Source: a virus (taxonomy: Duplodnaviria; Caudoviricetes). From it: DNA of 64,000 bases. Below are positions 39,801 through 46,401 of the stretch, piece after piece; the stretch's first letter is position 1, and each line of letters opens with the position of its first letter. A program made the translations under genes and the position numbers. The stretch lies in the IMG/VR virus record IMGVR_UViG_3300032233_001500, positions 1-64,000 of that record; one strand, 5' to 3'. The notes under the pieces were generated by a model. The model was not told the origin of the DNA, made no database searches, and saw only the letters and a list, made by a program, of their open reading frames with translations.

Positions 39801-40661
39801 AAAAGTAAATGATGTTGCACCAGAAGTATTAAGACCAGTATTTGTAACAATTCTATTTACACCAATGCTATAAATTGTCGTTATTCCAACTGTACCACCA
39901 ACATAATCTACATAGTCACCGACTTGTAAAGAAGTTGTAGTGACTCCAGTAATTGCAGTTGTACCAATTCCAGCAGAAGTGCCCGTTCTAGTAGTAATAC
40001 CTAGAGTACTACTAGAAGCCTGAGAAATGGTTACAGTACCATTACTTGATGTGGAAAGTCCTGTAATCGTAGTATTATTTAAAACTCCATTACCACTAAC
40101 AGAATCTCCAACATTTAGTGGAGCAGTAGTCATCAATGTCGCTATTCCAACAATGACTGTTCCGTTACTGGTTAAGAAGTTGCCAGTTGCTGATATAGTA
40201 AAGTCTATAGTTGCTGGATTAATAAATACAGTCCCCAATCCCAAAGAGGTTACTGTAGTAGTAGGATCAATATACGTACCACTTACGGCATAACCAACTC
40301 TAATATTATTTGTTGCAATACCGATAATTTTTGTATTCGGGGTTCCAGTAATAATACCAGATCTTGTTACTGGGCCCTGATATGTTACTGTTAAACTTCT
40401 TGCGTTAATACTTCCCTGTATATCTGTATCACCAATTACTTGGAATTCTTTTGTTAAAGAACTAGTTCCAATACCTACACCAGATTTGTTTATAATTTGT
40501 TGAGTCGCTGCAGTACCAACTAGAGGCCATCCTCCCGGAGTAACTCCATCATGTACTATTGCTACATTTTTTGATGTATCAACTGTTAATTCTGCTAATG
40601 CTCCAGTGAAAACCGAATGTTCTGCACTTGATCCTCTTCTTAGCTGTACCTGCTTCGTCAT
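30891..40661 (-). CDS. Giant tail fibre with N-terminal Mtd_N-like anchor, beta-helix region and C-terminal peptidase S74 (intramolecular chaperone) domain
   Basis: N-term QVQLRRGSSAEHSVFTGALAELTVDT; GIxT-rich shaft; YVSATNGSDTNDG...AGEYLEDNPI..IIGDNLR beta-helix signature; C-term SDIRLKDNI...GLIAQEVEEVIPE...LIEAIKEQQ. Confidence 0.9.
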   Translation of the reverse strand: MTKQVQLRRGSSAEHSVFTGALAELTVDTSKNVAIVHDGVTPGGWPLVGTAATQQIINKSGVGIGTSSLTKEFQVIGDTDIQGSINARSLTVTYQGPVTRSGIITGTPNTKIIGIATNNIRVGYAVSGTYIDPTTTVTSLGLGTVFINPATIDFTISATGNFLTSNGTVIVGIATLMTTAPLNVGDSVSGNGVLNNTTITGLSTSSNGTVTISQASSSTLGITTRTGTSAGIGTTAITGVTTTSLQVGDYVDYVGGTVGITTIYSIGVNRIVTNTGLNTSGATSFTFTRPITFVFSNSGFATDFSFTDLLSGQINVDVLNTNNAAAVSLLVNNATIDNAGITTAGITSATITRGTIGTVGITSATITKQFVTDSNVNIESINYAYINSGIITNVGSSQATIQNAYIQSGIVTTITSTNSNVTGIGTISTLYVDNGIFGNVYISTITAGRGIFTTVTANSGIFTSASVSGVTTLNQANITDAIISTQTVQNAYINAGIVTNLTSTYTNISGVATITTLKSTNSNISGVATITTLNTTNVDAIGIATINTLLVNAGIITTAFIDTAIVNAGIFTTGSISTARINTGIITTAYINSGIVTGNLTVSSLSVDTSYINIGIGTTISSVGLVASELYFTSGIGSQLYVSGIATLNSSTLVNSRVSGILTVGVSSIILSGNDASISGVTTLSANQLNISNKIVASDRLSFTYTGTLSIAGTSIISGVSTFGVYSSYAVTGTNIPANSYVVSIGTSSITLNTPALNSGIQTTSFTFTDGTTGLSTIPNLIGKNIQYTGISTFAQALIASGNISSVTSSNLDMTNAGVASIATLKVQTGIITNLTGTNVKYTGISTFGNVVIGGATTDLIVTGNARITGVLTIGTASITLDPENSNISGLNSIRSSSGYVTNFYSNQVGINSTLNFIGVNTNTGLNQTVTFKLSQTGVATNYTLTLPPTAGKDGQVLAVDASGNLGFTTNPGGLYENRLYVSATNGSDTNDGKTKPVKSVKKAAQLASFESFVLPPGRFLDAADLLTKNRTFIQEEVVGFLTATYPGITTDANYYRDVCYRDVGYIVDALAYDLSYNGNSKSVGAGLSYYSGVGTSYVDGEKIQTIDSFTHIVDISKYIINNVPLADPGGRYDDASRLLILNKNYIAAEAVGYVTAIYPGLLSNPTYSRTKCLRDVGYIVDALAYDVKYGGNYKSVGAGVSYWSGLGTSYVTGEQVETVDSFRYIAGISSYIINNITVPVSYQVGVGSTAQVKDLSIAYDVSANPVGYATTGCANVRSNINTLVGIITTIVGQGVTYSPSITRPVGLYQTSVYQTYDFTIAYDDSVNPVGYATTGCANVLSSIATLVGVITSIIGIGSTAAPTIVSPTSKSNPIAIICEAGEYLEDNPIILYEDIAIIGDNLRNTIIRPQNAGKDLFRVRNGCYVTGFAMKDYADAAGVPQYTFDYAVAFDDPSDTSVSRTGYAVKTTKPSITRSPYIQNCSIISFLGANGILVDGSKVSSPNQAIIPEEGENPVAGSQPEFGKSMVAATFTMTSFGGIGWRTINDGYAQVVSCFQIFCKYGSLCQSGGYLSITNSATNFGLYALRSQGYSSNSFRFDRGRIALTGTSGGLQTLTVIGLGRINQDLYVLRFFDDNLIDRTSNFKPLTVTLEVNAATAVDTSLDTITSLSHPFSAGDSVIYYGDEQALPQRIIGGLVNGNQYYISYINSNTFKLTEDDSLTRVVDLTSSTTGINTFVKNNQDFFNKAVLSTHNNYQTLTLAGVGSTARFVSGRQITQTVVGGTAVGFAYTYNNSTRQLVVSVESSGGNLRFFQISNGTTNLDIIDHSPSPISIGVSNVAGLSTYYTTYFKVDSTNSGTVITGISSLPENYRCHFHRPSIINANSHAWEYAGSGTDYNALPQNGGLSIDGREQVGEFGGRVYSTGTNELGDFKVGNFITAYNRTGNIIFNNTVTIGTLDSLRLSLSGGTAITEFSIDAGLGDNEISGPQDYRVPTQLATRSFLNNRLGSFIDKNLTTNAIPGGVVQLNSIGQINADLIPPKTVNYFKSSTDGGRIYLVNTIPATNLFSGDTVIEPSNSWVMISDVYSQYLILDNNTVYNFANGAVVTSTVSAGAAIGVVTAPTYVGYGTTGLVRGVGLSLNTLVGGSGYLVAGIYTGIQLDSASGIGTSMTATITVSAAGTVSNVAINTGGRYYAVNDTLTLNNPASIGGRTGGSNFTTKVGSVETRLYLSLTNNNKFTGSANLPDYIQDGNAGSISTSISVGVALTSTFSPTDVSIGGNVDFINDRIVIGINTFSDGDPVVYSTQGGNVLTPLLDAETYYIKRVGVTSVELYTTYALVTKKDYTSSGTGTHKLTRVGVNTDTNQLTFANHGLSQGDPVKVSGNTPTGVTTGNYYYIGSRTTNTFTLHSIKADAILSANGLLYNPVDLTSANSGGTMTLTKQNVTYNATVNTSSSILSNWALLATSTIDAANVVSGILVPSRLASGTANNQTFLRGDSTWSKAVSSVGIGTTQPIGVTYSSADLASGGVGINTYYGNVQLTLNRVLATGDLYSTLGVAKFKSSTFGITGDGTGSVYIKTLAQGGDIDAATFNGNAASYYLDIANTSGNIPISRGGTGLSGLPSNGAILLGNGSVYNLTTTPTFVGSVSFNSGASGAVTVGANGDIVLTTGGTWSGEKGYKLQAYNSNFYLQYTGSIFFRNQSSTNIFNVDQTGNATASGTVTGTQLISNITQGTSPLTVTSTTLVSNLNAQYHNGLLTATANTVSTVVARDASGNFSAGTITATFSGNISNGTGTHTTATLNGGGSTTAGQLTFSGATNNWIDFGTTGVAAPAFTTRSAGLKIALYSGVTGSTTDYGLGIESGFLWFGTQTTSTGFKWYGGTTLAATLTGGGALTLVGALSATTLTSTVSTGTAPLTVSSTTLVTNLNADLLDGLNSATANTVSTIVARDASGNFSAGTITATLSGNASTATQVVVTDSRNTVTTPQTINQGVVFDFKANSTESLSDGGTYFGEMTFRQYGSSTDWSGGLSHQLGFTDNGNIWQRSGSTTTWAAWKKLVDSSNYSSYAIARGGDTVTNAINFQSNLGTTLGALSSPPLQAYATGTNAAFMSFHRSGNYAVNMGLDSDNVLRIGGWSASANRLQMDMSGNLTMAGTVTASSDIRLKDNIEIIQNGLEKVLSLNGVTFTRKDQEDKTKIHVGLIAQEVEEVIPEIVSEDNLGMKSVAYGNIVAVLIEAIKEQQVQIDILRKEVEDLKNK
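31780..32465 (-). repeat. Duplicated fibre module (PLTVxSTTLVxNLNA...ATANTVSTxVARDASGNFSAGTITAT), offset 537 nt
   Basis: Two copies visible in both the protein and the DNA. Confidence 0.85.
36642..36870. repeat. Exact 40-bp direct repeat in the tail fibre (36642-36681 and 36831-36870; offset 189 nt = 63 codons)
   Basis: tacgtttgcacatccagtagtagcataaccaactggattt occurs twice and encodes NPVGYATTGCANV. Confidence 0.9.
39061..39143. repeat. 48-bp tandem repeat (16 aa, ISGVATITTLKSTNSN)
   Basis: tttaaagttgttatcgttgcaac at 39061 and 39109. Confidence 0.8.
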
Positions 40662-40698
40662 CTTGCGACTTCACTCAAACGGCTATTTTCTTCTGATT

Positions 40699-40705
40699 TA
40701 TTTAT
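40699..40705 (-). promoter_or_regulatory. Late promoter (ATAAATA) for the tail fibre
   Basis: tatttat on +, 37 nt upstream of the ATG at 40661. Confidence 0.6.
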
Positions 40706-40713
40706 GATATAAA

Positions 40714-43700
40714 TTAAATGATGATAACGTAAGATCTCGGTATTTGATATGGATTGTTGACTGTAATACCAGAAATCGCAGAAATACGAACAGTACCAAT
40801 TCCAATGTATGGTTTTCTTGCATAAGATTGGAATGCAGCAGAGAAACCAAAGAGGGATCCGGAAGCTTTGTATGGTTTTGAATGACTTTTTGATGAAGAA
40901 CCAAGAATTGTAATTGATCCCGTTGCTTTTGGAGCTGGTACAAATTTGATATTGGGATATAGAAGTTGACCGGAAAGTTGAATTGTTCCAATTCCAGAAA
41001 TAGAAACTCTTGAAAGTTTTCTAGTTGTTGAAATTCCCGAAAGCCTAACAGTACCAATTCCAGAAATTCTGACAATATGATTAATTTTGGTAGATGAAAT
41101 ACCGGAGATAGTATAGAGTACTGAGGTAGTAACTGGTTTTTTGGTAGAAGATTTTGCAGAACCAGAAAGAATTGTAATAGAACCAGAACCTTTATAGGAA
41201 CGAATATCCTTATAACTACCAGAAGATATTTCAAAGATAGTTCCAATGCCAGCATAAGACTTAGTTTTCTTAATATTGATTGCACTTCCAGAAAGTATGA
41301 CTGTGCCTGCAATACCAACATAAGAACGAGAAACTCTCTTGGAAGTAATTGCAGATCCAAATATTGTAAAGAGTTGCGTATTTTCTGGAGAATTTGCAAT
41401 AAACTTAACTCTTGCAGCATCAACGTAATCAACTGATACTGTTGAATCTACAGTATCATAAACATTATCAGAAGTATGGGTTATAAATTTGAATAATCCA
41501 GTTGCAGAAACTGCAGACTGCACTTGTATTGTAACTGAACCACTAATTGCAAACGTACCGATACCAACATCAGAACTAGTTTTCTGAAGATTATTATAAG
41601 TTCCAGAAATATTAAAGAGTTGCGTATTTTCTGTCGGATTGGAAACTTTATATACAGAACTACTTCCGGAGAAGTTATAAAGTATTGTATTAGTTCTAGA
41701 AATTCTAGCAAATGAATTTGCGGAACCAGAAAGTTCTGTAATAGTTCCAGATCCTCTATAGGCATGAATCTGTTTCTTAATAGAATTGGATTGTTCAATA
41801 ACAATACTAGTCAATCCTACATAACGTCTAGTTTGTTTAAATATCGAAAGAGTTTGGGTTTGATCAATATTAACTGTTCCAGAACCAACCCCAGTAAATA
41901 CTGAGATTTTTCTTGTTGAAGAAATTCCAGTTATTACTGCGGTGCCAACTCCAATATAAGTTCTTCTTACATAACTTTCATTACCTCTTCCAGAAACTTT
42001 GAATAATCCATTCTTAGAAATATATGGAATATTTGCTCTATAAAAGGTAAGTTGTGTATCATCGTTAATTCTGATGGTCCCAATACCAGAACCTGCAGGT
42101 AAACCACCACCGGGATCTGGATATCTATTGGAATGATCAATACTTCCACCATAAAGTTGAATACCAGTAGTCCCAACACCAATATTCTTATCTTTACCGT
42201 AATGTGGAATAATCTTGACATTAGGGAATACAGTATCTTTTCCTGAAATTTGAATAATTCCAGGAATACCTTGGAAACGTTTGTTATATTTCTCAGTTCC
42301 AGTTCCACCAATTATGAAGAGTTGAGTAGTTTCTCCAGATTGAGTTACAAACTTCTCTATATTGGTTCCGGAAAGTCTAATAGTTCCAAGACCAACGTTA
42401 GACTTAATTGATTTGAGGTTGTTATAAGAACCAGAAATCGTAAAGAGTTCCGTATTCTCTGGTGGATTTGGAGCGAATTTTTCTACAACTCTACCCGAAA
42501 TTATAAAGAGTTGTGTACTTTGTGGTTGTTTAACAACCTTAACATAAATGTTTCCACCCGAAAGTCTAATAGTTCCAAGACCAACATATGAATTTGTCCT
42601 CCTCTCTATATTGGTTCCGGAAAGTCTAATAGTTCCAAGACCAACGTTAGACTTAATTGATTTGAGGTTGTTATAAGAACCAGAAATCGTAAAGAGTTGA
42701 GTATTCTCTGGTGGATTTGGAGAGAATTTCTCTGCAGCTCTGCCAGAAATTGCAAAAAGTTGTGTACTTTGTGGTTGTTTAACAACCTTAACATAAATGT
42801 TTCCACCCGAAAGTCTAATAGTTCCAAGACCAACATAAGAATCTAAAATTCTTTGATTCCCTTGACTGTAAAGTTGAATACCGGTAGTTCCAACACCAAT
42901 ATTCTTATCTTTACCATAATGAGGAATAATCCTTACATCTGGGAATATTATATCTTTTCCAGATATCTTAATTCCTGGTTGACCAGATGCAATATGAGTA
43001 TAAACCGATATAACCCTCGAAGAACCTTGGCCACTAAAATATGCAGAGCCAAATGGAAGTATTGTCTGAGTGGCACCGAATCCAACTAATAATCCAAAAT
43101 CCTCTGGAGTTGGAATTTGAGTTATTAATCCATAGTTTTCACTGATAGTTACTGCAACACCTACAGATCCGTAGTCATTGATATCATAATAAAGAATACT
43201 TGACTTATCATATACATAACTTCTGCTTTCACTCTTGATTCCAACTTCGAATAGAGTACCCGAACCAACATAACCAGGTTGGTAACTTACTTTTGATGAT
43301 CCACTAAATGTTGCCGTACCAAGACCAACATTGGACTTAGTTGATTTAAGGTTACTATAAGAACCAGAAATTCTGAAGAGTTCTGTATTTTCTGGTGGAT
43401 TTGCAACCTTCTTAATATTTGAAGCCGAACCAGAGATACCGAACAACTGAATGTTCTCTGGTGGATTTGAGGTTTTAGATACTATTGCACTAGACAACCC
43501 GACATAATATTGATCAACAGTAACACCATTATCCTGTGCAAATGATATTATTTGGGAATTAAATGTTATGCCTCTTGGTATGGTATAAACACCAAGTCGG
43601 AGTGTACCAGAAGATACGTATGGTCTTAAAGTCCTATCTAATCCATGACCAATTTCGAATACTGTACCAAAACCGACCCAATTACTACCTTGAACTTTTC

Positions 43701-43965
43701 CTGCAGTTCCAAAGGTAACGAATGTTCCTCTCACTAGATTTGATTTTACTATCGCTGTAGACTGGGTTCCCGAAACATTGATAGAACCAAATGGAATTTG
43801 TGAGGAACTAACATTAATACTATAAAAATCATCTGCAATAGTAGGTGTTGAACTTAATGTACCTACGCCAAAATCGTCTGTAGCCGTTACGGCAGAAGAT
43901 ATAGTACCATAGTCCTCCGTAGAGTAAATATCGCGTATGGTAATATCGTAGACGTAAATGGCCAT
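40714..43965 (-). CDS. 1083-aa Ser/Gly/Thr/Ile-rich repeat virion protein
   Basis: Recurrent units NPPENT(Q/E)LFxISG, GLGTIRLSG and HYGKDKNIGVGTTGIQL; located in the baseplate/fibre cluster. Confidence 0.8.
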   Translation of the reverse strand: MAIYVYDITIRDIYSTEDYGTISSAVTATDDFGVGTLSSTPTIADDFYSINVSSSQIPFGSINVSGTQSTAIVKSNLVRGTFVTFGTAGKVQGSNWVGFGTVFEIGHGLDRTLRPYVSSGTLRLGVYTIPRGITFNSQIISFAQDNGVTVDQYYVGLSSAIVSKTSNPPENIQLFGISGSASNIKKVANPPENTELFRISGSYSNLKSTKSNVGLGTATFSGSSKVSYQPGYVGSGTLFEVGIKSESRSYVYDKSSILYYDINDYGSVGVAVTISENYGLITQIPTPEDFGLLVGFGATQTILPFGSAYFSGQGSSRVISVYTHIASGQPGIKISGKDIIFPDVRIIPHYGKDKNIGVGTTGIQLYSQGNQRILDSYVGLGTIRLSGGNIYVKVVKQPQSTQLFAISGRAAEKFSPNPPENTQLFTISGSYNNLKSIKSNVGLGTIRLSGTNIERRTNSYVGLGTIRLSGGNIYVKVVKQPQSTQLFIISGRVVEKFAPNPPENTELFTISGSYNNLKSIKSNVGLGTIRLSGTNIEKFVTQSGETTQLFIIGGTGTEKYNKRFQGIPGIIQISGKDTVFPNVKIIPHYGKDKNIGVGTTGIQLYGGSIDHSNRYPDPGGGLPAGSGIGTIRINDDTQLTFYRANIPYISKNGLFKVSGRGNESYVRRTYIGVGTAVITGISSTRKISVFTGVGSGTVNIDQTQTLSIFKQTRRYVGLTSIVIEQSNSIKKQIHAYRGSGTITELSGSANSFARISRTNTILYNFSGSSSVYKVSNPTENTQLFNISGTYNNLQKTSSDVGIGTFAISGSVTIQVQSAVSATGLFKFITHTSDNVYDTVDSTVSVDYVDAARVKFIANSPENTQLFTIFGSAITSKRVSRSYVGIAGTVILSGSAINIKKTKSYAGIGTIFEISSGSYKDIRSYKGSGSITILSGSAKSSTKKPVTTSVLYTISGISSTKINHIVRISGIGTVRLSGISTTRKLSRVSISGIGTIQLSGQLLYPNIKFVPAPKATGSITILGSSSKSHSKPYKASGSLFGFSAAFQSYARKPYIGIGTVRISAISGITVNNPYQIPRSYVIII
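42354..42837. repeat. Near-identical 249-bp (83-codon) tandem duplication
   Basis: 42354-42588 aligns with 42603-42837 at a constant 249-nt offset, with long identical stretches. Confidence 0.92.
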
Positions 43966-44000
43966 TTTCTTTTGTTATATCAAAAATTAGAAATAATCAT

Positions 44001-44035
44001 AAAAAGGGGACCGCTCCATAAAGAAGACAATCCCC
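44001..44035 (-). terminator. Intrinsic terminator after the 335-aa gene
   Basis: - strand GGGGAUUG-U-CUUC-UUUAU-GGAG-CGGUCCCC-UUUUU; three G-U pairs make it strand-specific. Confidence 0.75.
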
Positions 44036-44068
44036 CGTTCATAACAAATATTCTACTTTTAGATAGAA

Positions 44069-45076
44069 TTAATCAAGGGCAACGTTCAATGTGATTTTAA
44101 TCTGGTCACCGTTGTTTTGAATTGCGTATGGTCCATTTGTAAATCTTTCAGCATACATAATGTTGCTGTATAGAGTACAAGTATTTAATCCAGATGTCAC
44201 ATTTAATGTTGGACTTAATGAAGGAGTTGTATAGAACTCATTATTATTAGGAACAGAGAATACTGTATATGGAGCTGATGTATGAGTTGTATTACCTGTA
44301 CCAGCAGCAATATAGAGGACATCTCCAGCAACTAGTCCGTGATTACTAACAACACCTTTAGAGAAACGGAAATCGACACTAGGGTCGGTAGCAACCTGAA
44401 TGTTATCAATAAGTGCCTTATCAAGATAAACAACTTTCAAAGCTCTATCAATACCAACTACTTTAGTTCCTGTTTGAATTCCGGCATTACCACTAACTAC
44501 TTGTCCCAAAGTAATATCATCAACAGAAAGTGAACTATTGATAGTAATATAATAATTACCAACAATGCCAATAGTTGGGAAAGTGTTATCTCCTTTACCC
44601 ACCGTAGTACCAATACCAATTGTAGCTGCATTAACTACACCTTGAACTGCAACAGGCATGTTAGTTGCTCTTGTTACATAATAACCGTAAATATTACCAG
44701 CAGCTCCAGTAAATGTAAAAGTTTGTTCTGGGTAAGTAGCAGTTGTTCCACCACCAACTTGAGCAATGGTCCAACGAGAACCGTTGAGAAGAATACCAGT
44801 TTGTGATGTATATGTTTGATCCGACCTATTACTTACACAATATGGATAACCCGTAGTAGGAACATATCCATAAGCATTGGTATTACCAATACCATAAGGT
44901 TCGTAATATGCACTCGCAGATGGGACATCACTTTCTGCTGGTGTGGTATTACTTGTAAAAAGTTTTAGAACTAAGTTTCTTGGAGACTGGTCCGAAAGTG
45001 ACGCAGTGTGATTGTTTTGAGCAACCAAGTATCTGAGTGACTCAAGTTCTCCAATATCTGGAACTAATAGTGCCAT
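44069..45076 (-). CDS. Virion structural protein (baseplate/fibre cluster)
   Basis: MALLVPDIGELESLRYL, LVLKLFTSNTTPAESD, TFTFTGAAGNIYGYYV, NNGDQIKIT; GGGGAG SD and TATAAATA upstream. Confidence 0.75.
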   Translation of the reverse strand: MALLVPDIGELESLRYLVAQNNHTASLSDQSPRNLVLKLFTSNTTPAESDVPSASAYYEPYGIGNTNAYGYVPTTGYPYCVSNRSDQTYTSQTGILLNGSRWTIAQVGGGTTATYPEQTFTFTGAAGNIYGYYVTRATNMPVAVQGVVNAATIGIGTTVGKGDNTFPTIGIVGNYYITINSSLSVDDITLGQVVSGNAGIQTGTKVVGIDRALKVVYLDKALIDNIQVATDPSVDFRFSKGVVSNHGLVAGDVLYIAAGTGNTTHTSAPYTVFSVPNNNEFYTTPSLSPTLNVTSGLNTCTLYSNIMYAERFTNGPYAIQNNGDQIKITLNVALD

Positions 45077-45116
45077 TTAAACAACTCCCCGACAGGTTCT
45101 ATTTGATAACTAATTC

Positions 45117-45124
45117 TATTTATA
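45117..45124 (-). promoter_or_regulatory. Late promoter TATAAATA overlapping the stop of 45120..45797
   Basis: - strand TTA TAA ATA. Confidence 0.8.
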
Positions 45125-45797
45125 ATTTTAATTTCAAAGAGATTAAAAACCTTTGTATGTTATTTACTGCTATAACATCAAAGGTAAAAATGTCTCCCGC
45201 TAATACTGTAGTATCCCAGTTATTTAGTACATCATCTTTAATTTTTCTAGAATTAAACATCTGTGGATATGCACCACCAATTATAGAAGTAAAAGCAGGA
45301 AAGTCATTATAATTAGATTTTTTAATATCTATTGTTAAATCACCTTGTTGATCCGAAAATACTGTTAAAGATTCTATTATACCACTTACATCAAGAGTAA
45401 CAGAACCCTTGTTTCCTGCAAGCATATTGAAAGAACCGCTATCTACGATATAATTAATTGTCCTAGTAAGATCTGCTGTAGTAGCAAGAGCAATAATAAA
45501 AACATTATCCGTCAACGCAGGTGCATTAGTGAAGATAATGTGACTATTGGAAATTATAAAATCTTGGATAGGTTGAAGTATAACATCATTCAAACTTACA
45601 ATTAATTGTTGCTCATTGATAGGATAATATGCATCCCCAGTTGCAGAAAGTCCAAAAGTATGTGCAATTCCAGTAAACTGAGAATTTATACTATCAAGAA
45701 TTATATTGCTATATTGAATTGATTTTGTAGCTACTTGATAATTGACATCAATTGAAAATGGACTGGGATCATTTAATGTTACTAAGTAATCTGTCAT
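45120..45797 (-). CDS. Virion structural protein sharing a domain with the gp7-like protein
   Basis: ILDSINSQFTG...LIVSLNDVILQP...IIFTNAP parallels ILDDISLAFTG...IILINNILQVP and ENISNQFDG...VNDILQVP..IVFTEAP in the 55541 ORF. Confidence 0.75.
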   Translation of the reverse strand: MTDYLVTLNDPSPFSIDVNYQVATKSIQYSNIILDSINSQFTGIAHTFGLSATGDAYYPINEQQLIVSLNDVILQPIQDFIISNSHIIFTNAPALTDNVFIIALATTADLTRTINYIVDSGSFNMLAGNKGSVTLDVSGIIESLTVFSDQQGDLTIDIKKSNYNDFPAFTSIIGGAYPQMFNSRKIKDDVLNNWDTTVLAGDIFTFDVIAVNNIQRFLISLKLKL

Positions 45798-46129
45798 TAC
45801 GATACTCCTGGTGTTACTAGAACATTTCCTTGTACTGCCCTGGTCCTATAATCATTCGGTGAAATGAGAATAACATCATAAACATATCTACCACCTTCTA
45901 TTTCACTTGTAGAAGTATATGGCATTGATACTGTAACTTTTCCGTTCAATCTATCTGTAAAACTTAAAGTTAATGGATATGAAGTAGAAGATATTGGATG
46001 TTTTCTAATGGAAGAAATACCAGTGTATCCAGTTAAATTCAAAGGTAAATTATTTTGATTCTTGATAGTAAATGTGGCTTGAAAGTCAACGCCTTGTTCA
46101 AGAACTAAGTTTACGTTTCTTGCCGCCAT
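45797..46129 (-). CDS. Small baseplate-associated beta-sandwich protein
   Basis: NLVLEQGVDFQATFTI, LNLTGYTG, GRYVYDVIL, VQGNVLVTPGVS; coupled to the next gene. Confidence 0.7.
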   Translation of the reverse strand: MAARNVNLVLEQGVDFQATFTIKNQNNLPLNLTGYTGISSIRKHPISSTSYPLTLSFTDRLNGKVTVSMPYTSTSEIEGGRYVYDVILISPNDYRTRAVQGNVLVTPGVS

Positions 46130-46151
46130 TATTAGAGCCCGTCTTTCTAGT

Positions 46152-46158
46152 TATTTAT
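46152..46158 (-). promoter_or_regulatory. Late promoter ATAAATA overlapping the stop of 46155..46397
   Basis: - strand TCA TAA ATA. Confidence 0.6.
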
Positions 46159-46397
46159 GAATTAGTTTCCAATTTGGATAAAATAAGTTTCATCATATCC
46201 TTTAATTCATTTACATCACCTTTCAATGAATCAATTTCAGATACTTGCGTTTTCAATTTATTCATTTCATCAATTTCTTTGAGTTTCATTTCTTTCAATT
46301 CCATATATTTTTCAAATTCTGTATCAGAACAATTTACAATCGCTCCCGTCATTGGATCTCTATACAATCCAGGATTATTTTCTACAGGAATTTTCAT
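46155..46397 (-). CDS. Small coiled-coil protein following the DUF4815-type gene
   Basis: VENNPGLYRDPMTGAIVN followed by a heptad-rich C-terminus. Confidence 0.75.
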   Translation of the reverse strand: MKIPVENNPGLYRDPMTGAIVNCSDTEFEKYMELKEMKLKEIDEMNKLKTQVSEIDSLKGDVNELKDMMKLILSKLETNS

Positions 46398-46401
46398 AGT
46401 C

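Noticed and set aside
40698-41804. 244-aa and 107-aa same-strand alternative-frame ORFs in the repeat protein (possible frameshift products)
   Set aside because: The Leu/Gln/Phe-rich composition is what shifting Ser/Thr/Gly codons produces. I saw no convincing slippery site plus structure, and the main frame is intact.
42354-42837. Repeat pair as a possible DGR template/variable region or CRISPR-like array
   Set aside because: Both copies are in-frame coding, differences are not adenine-specific (for example ACGGAA versus ACTCAA), no reverse transcriptase is in the window, and there are no unique spacers.
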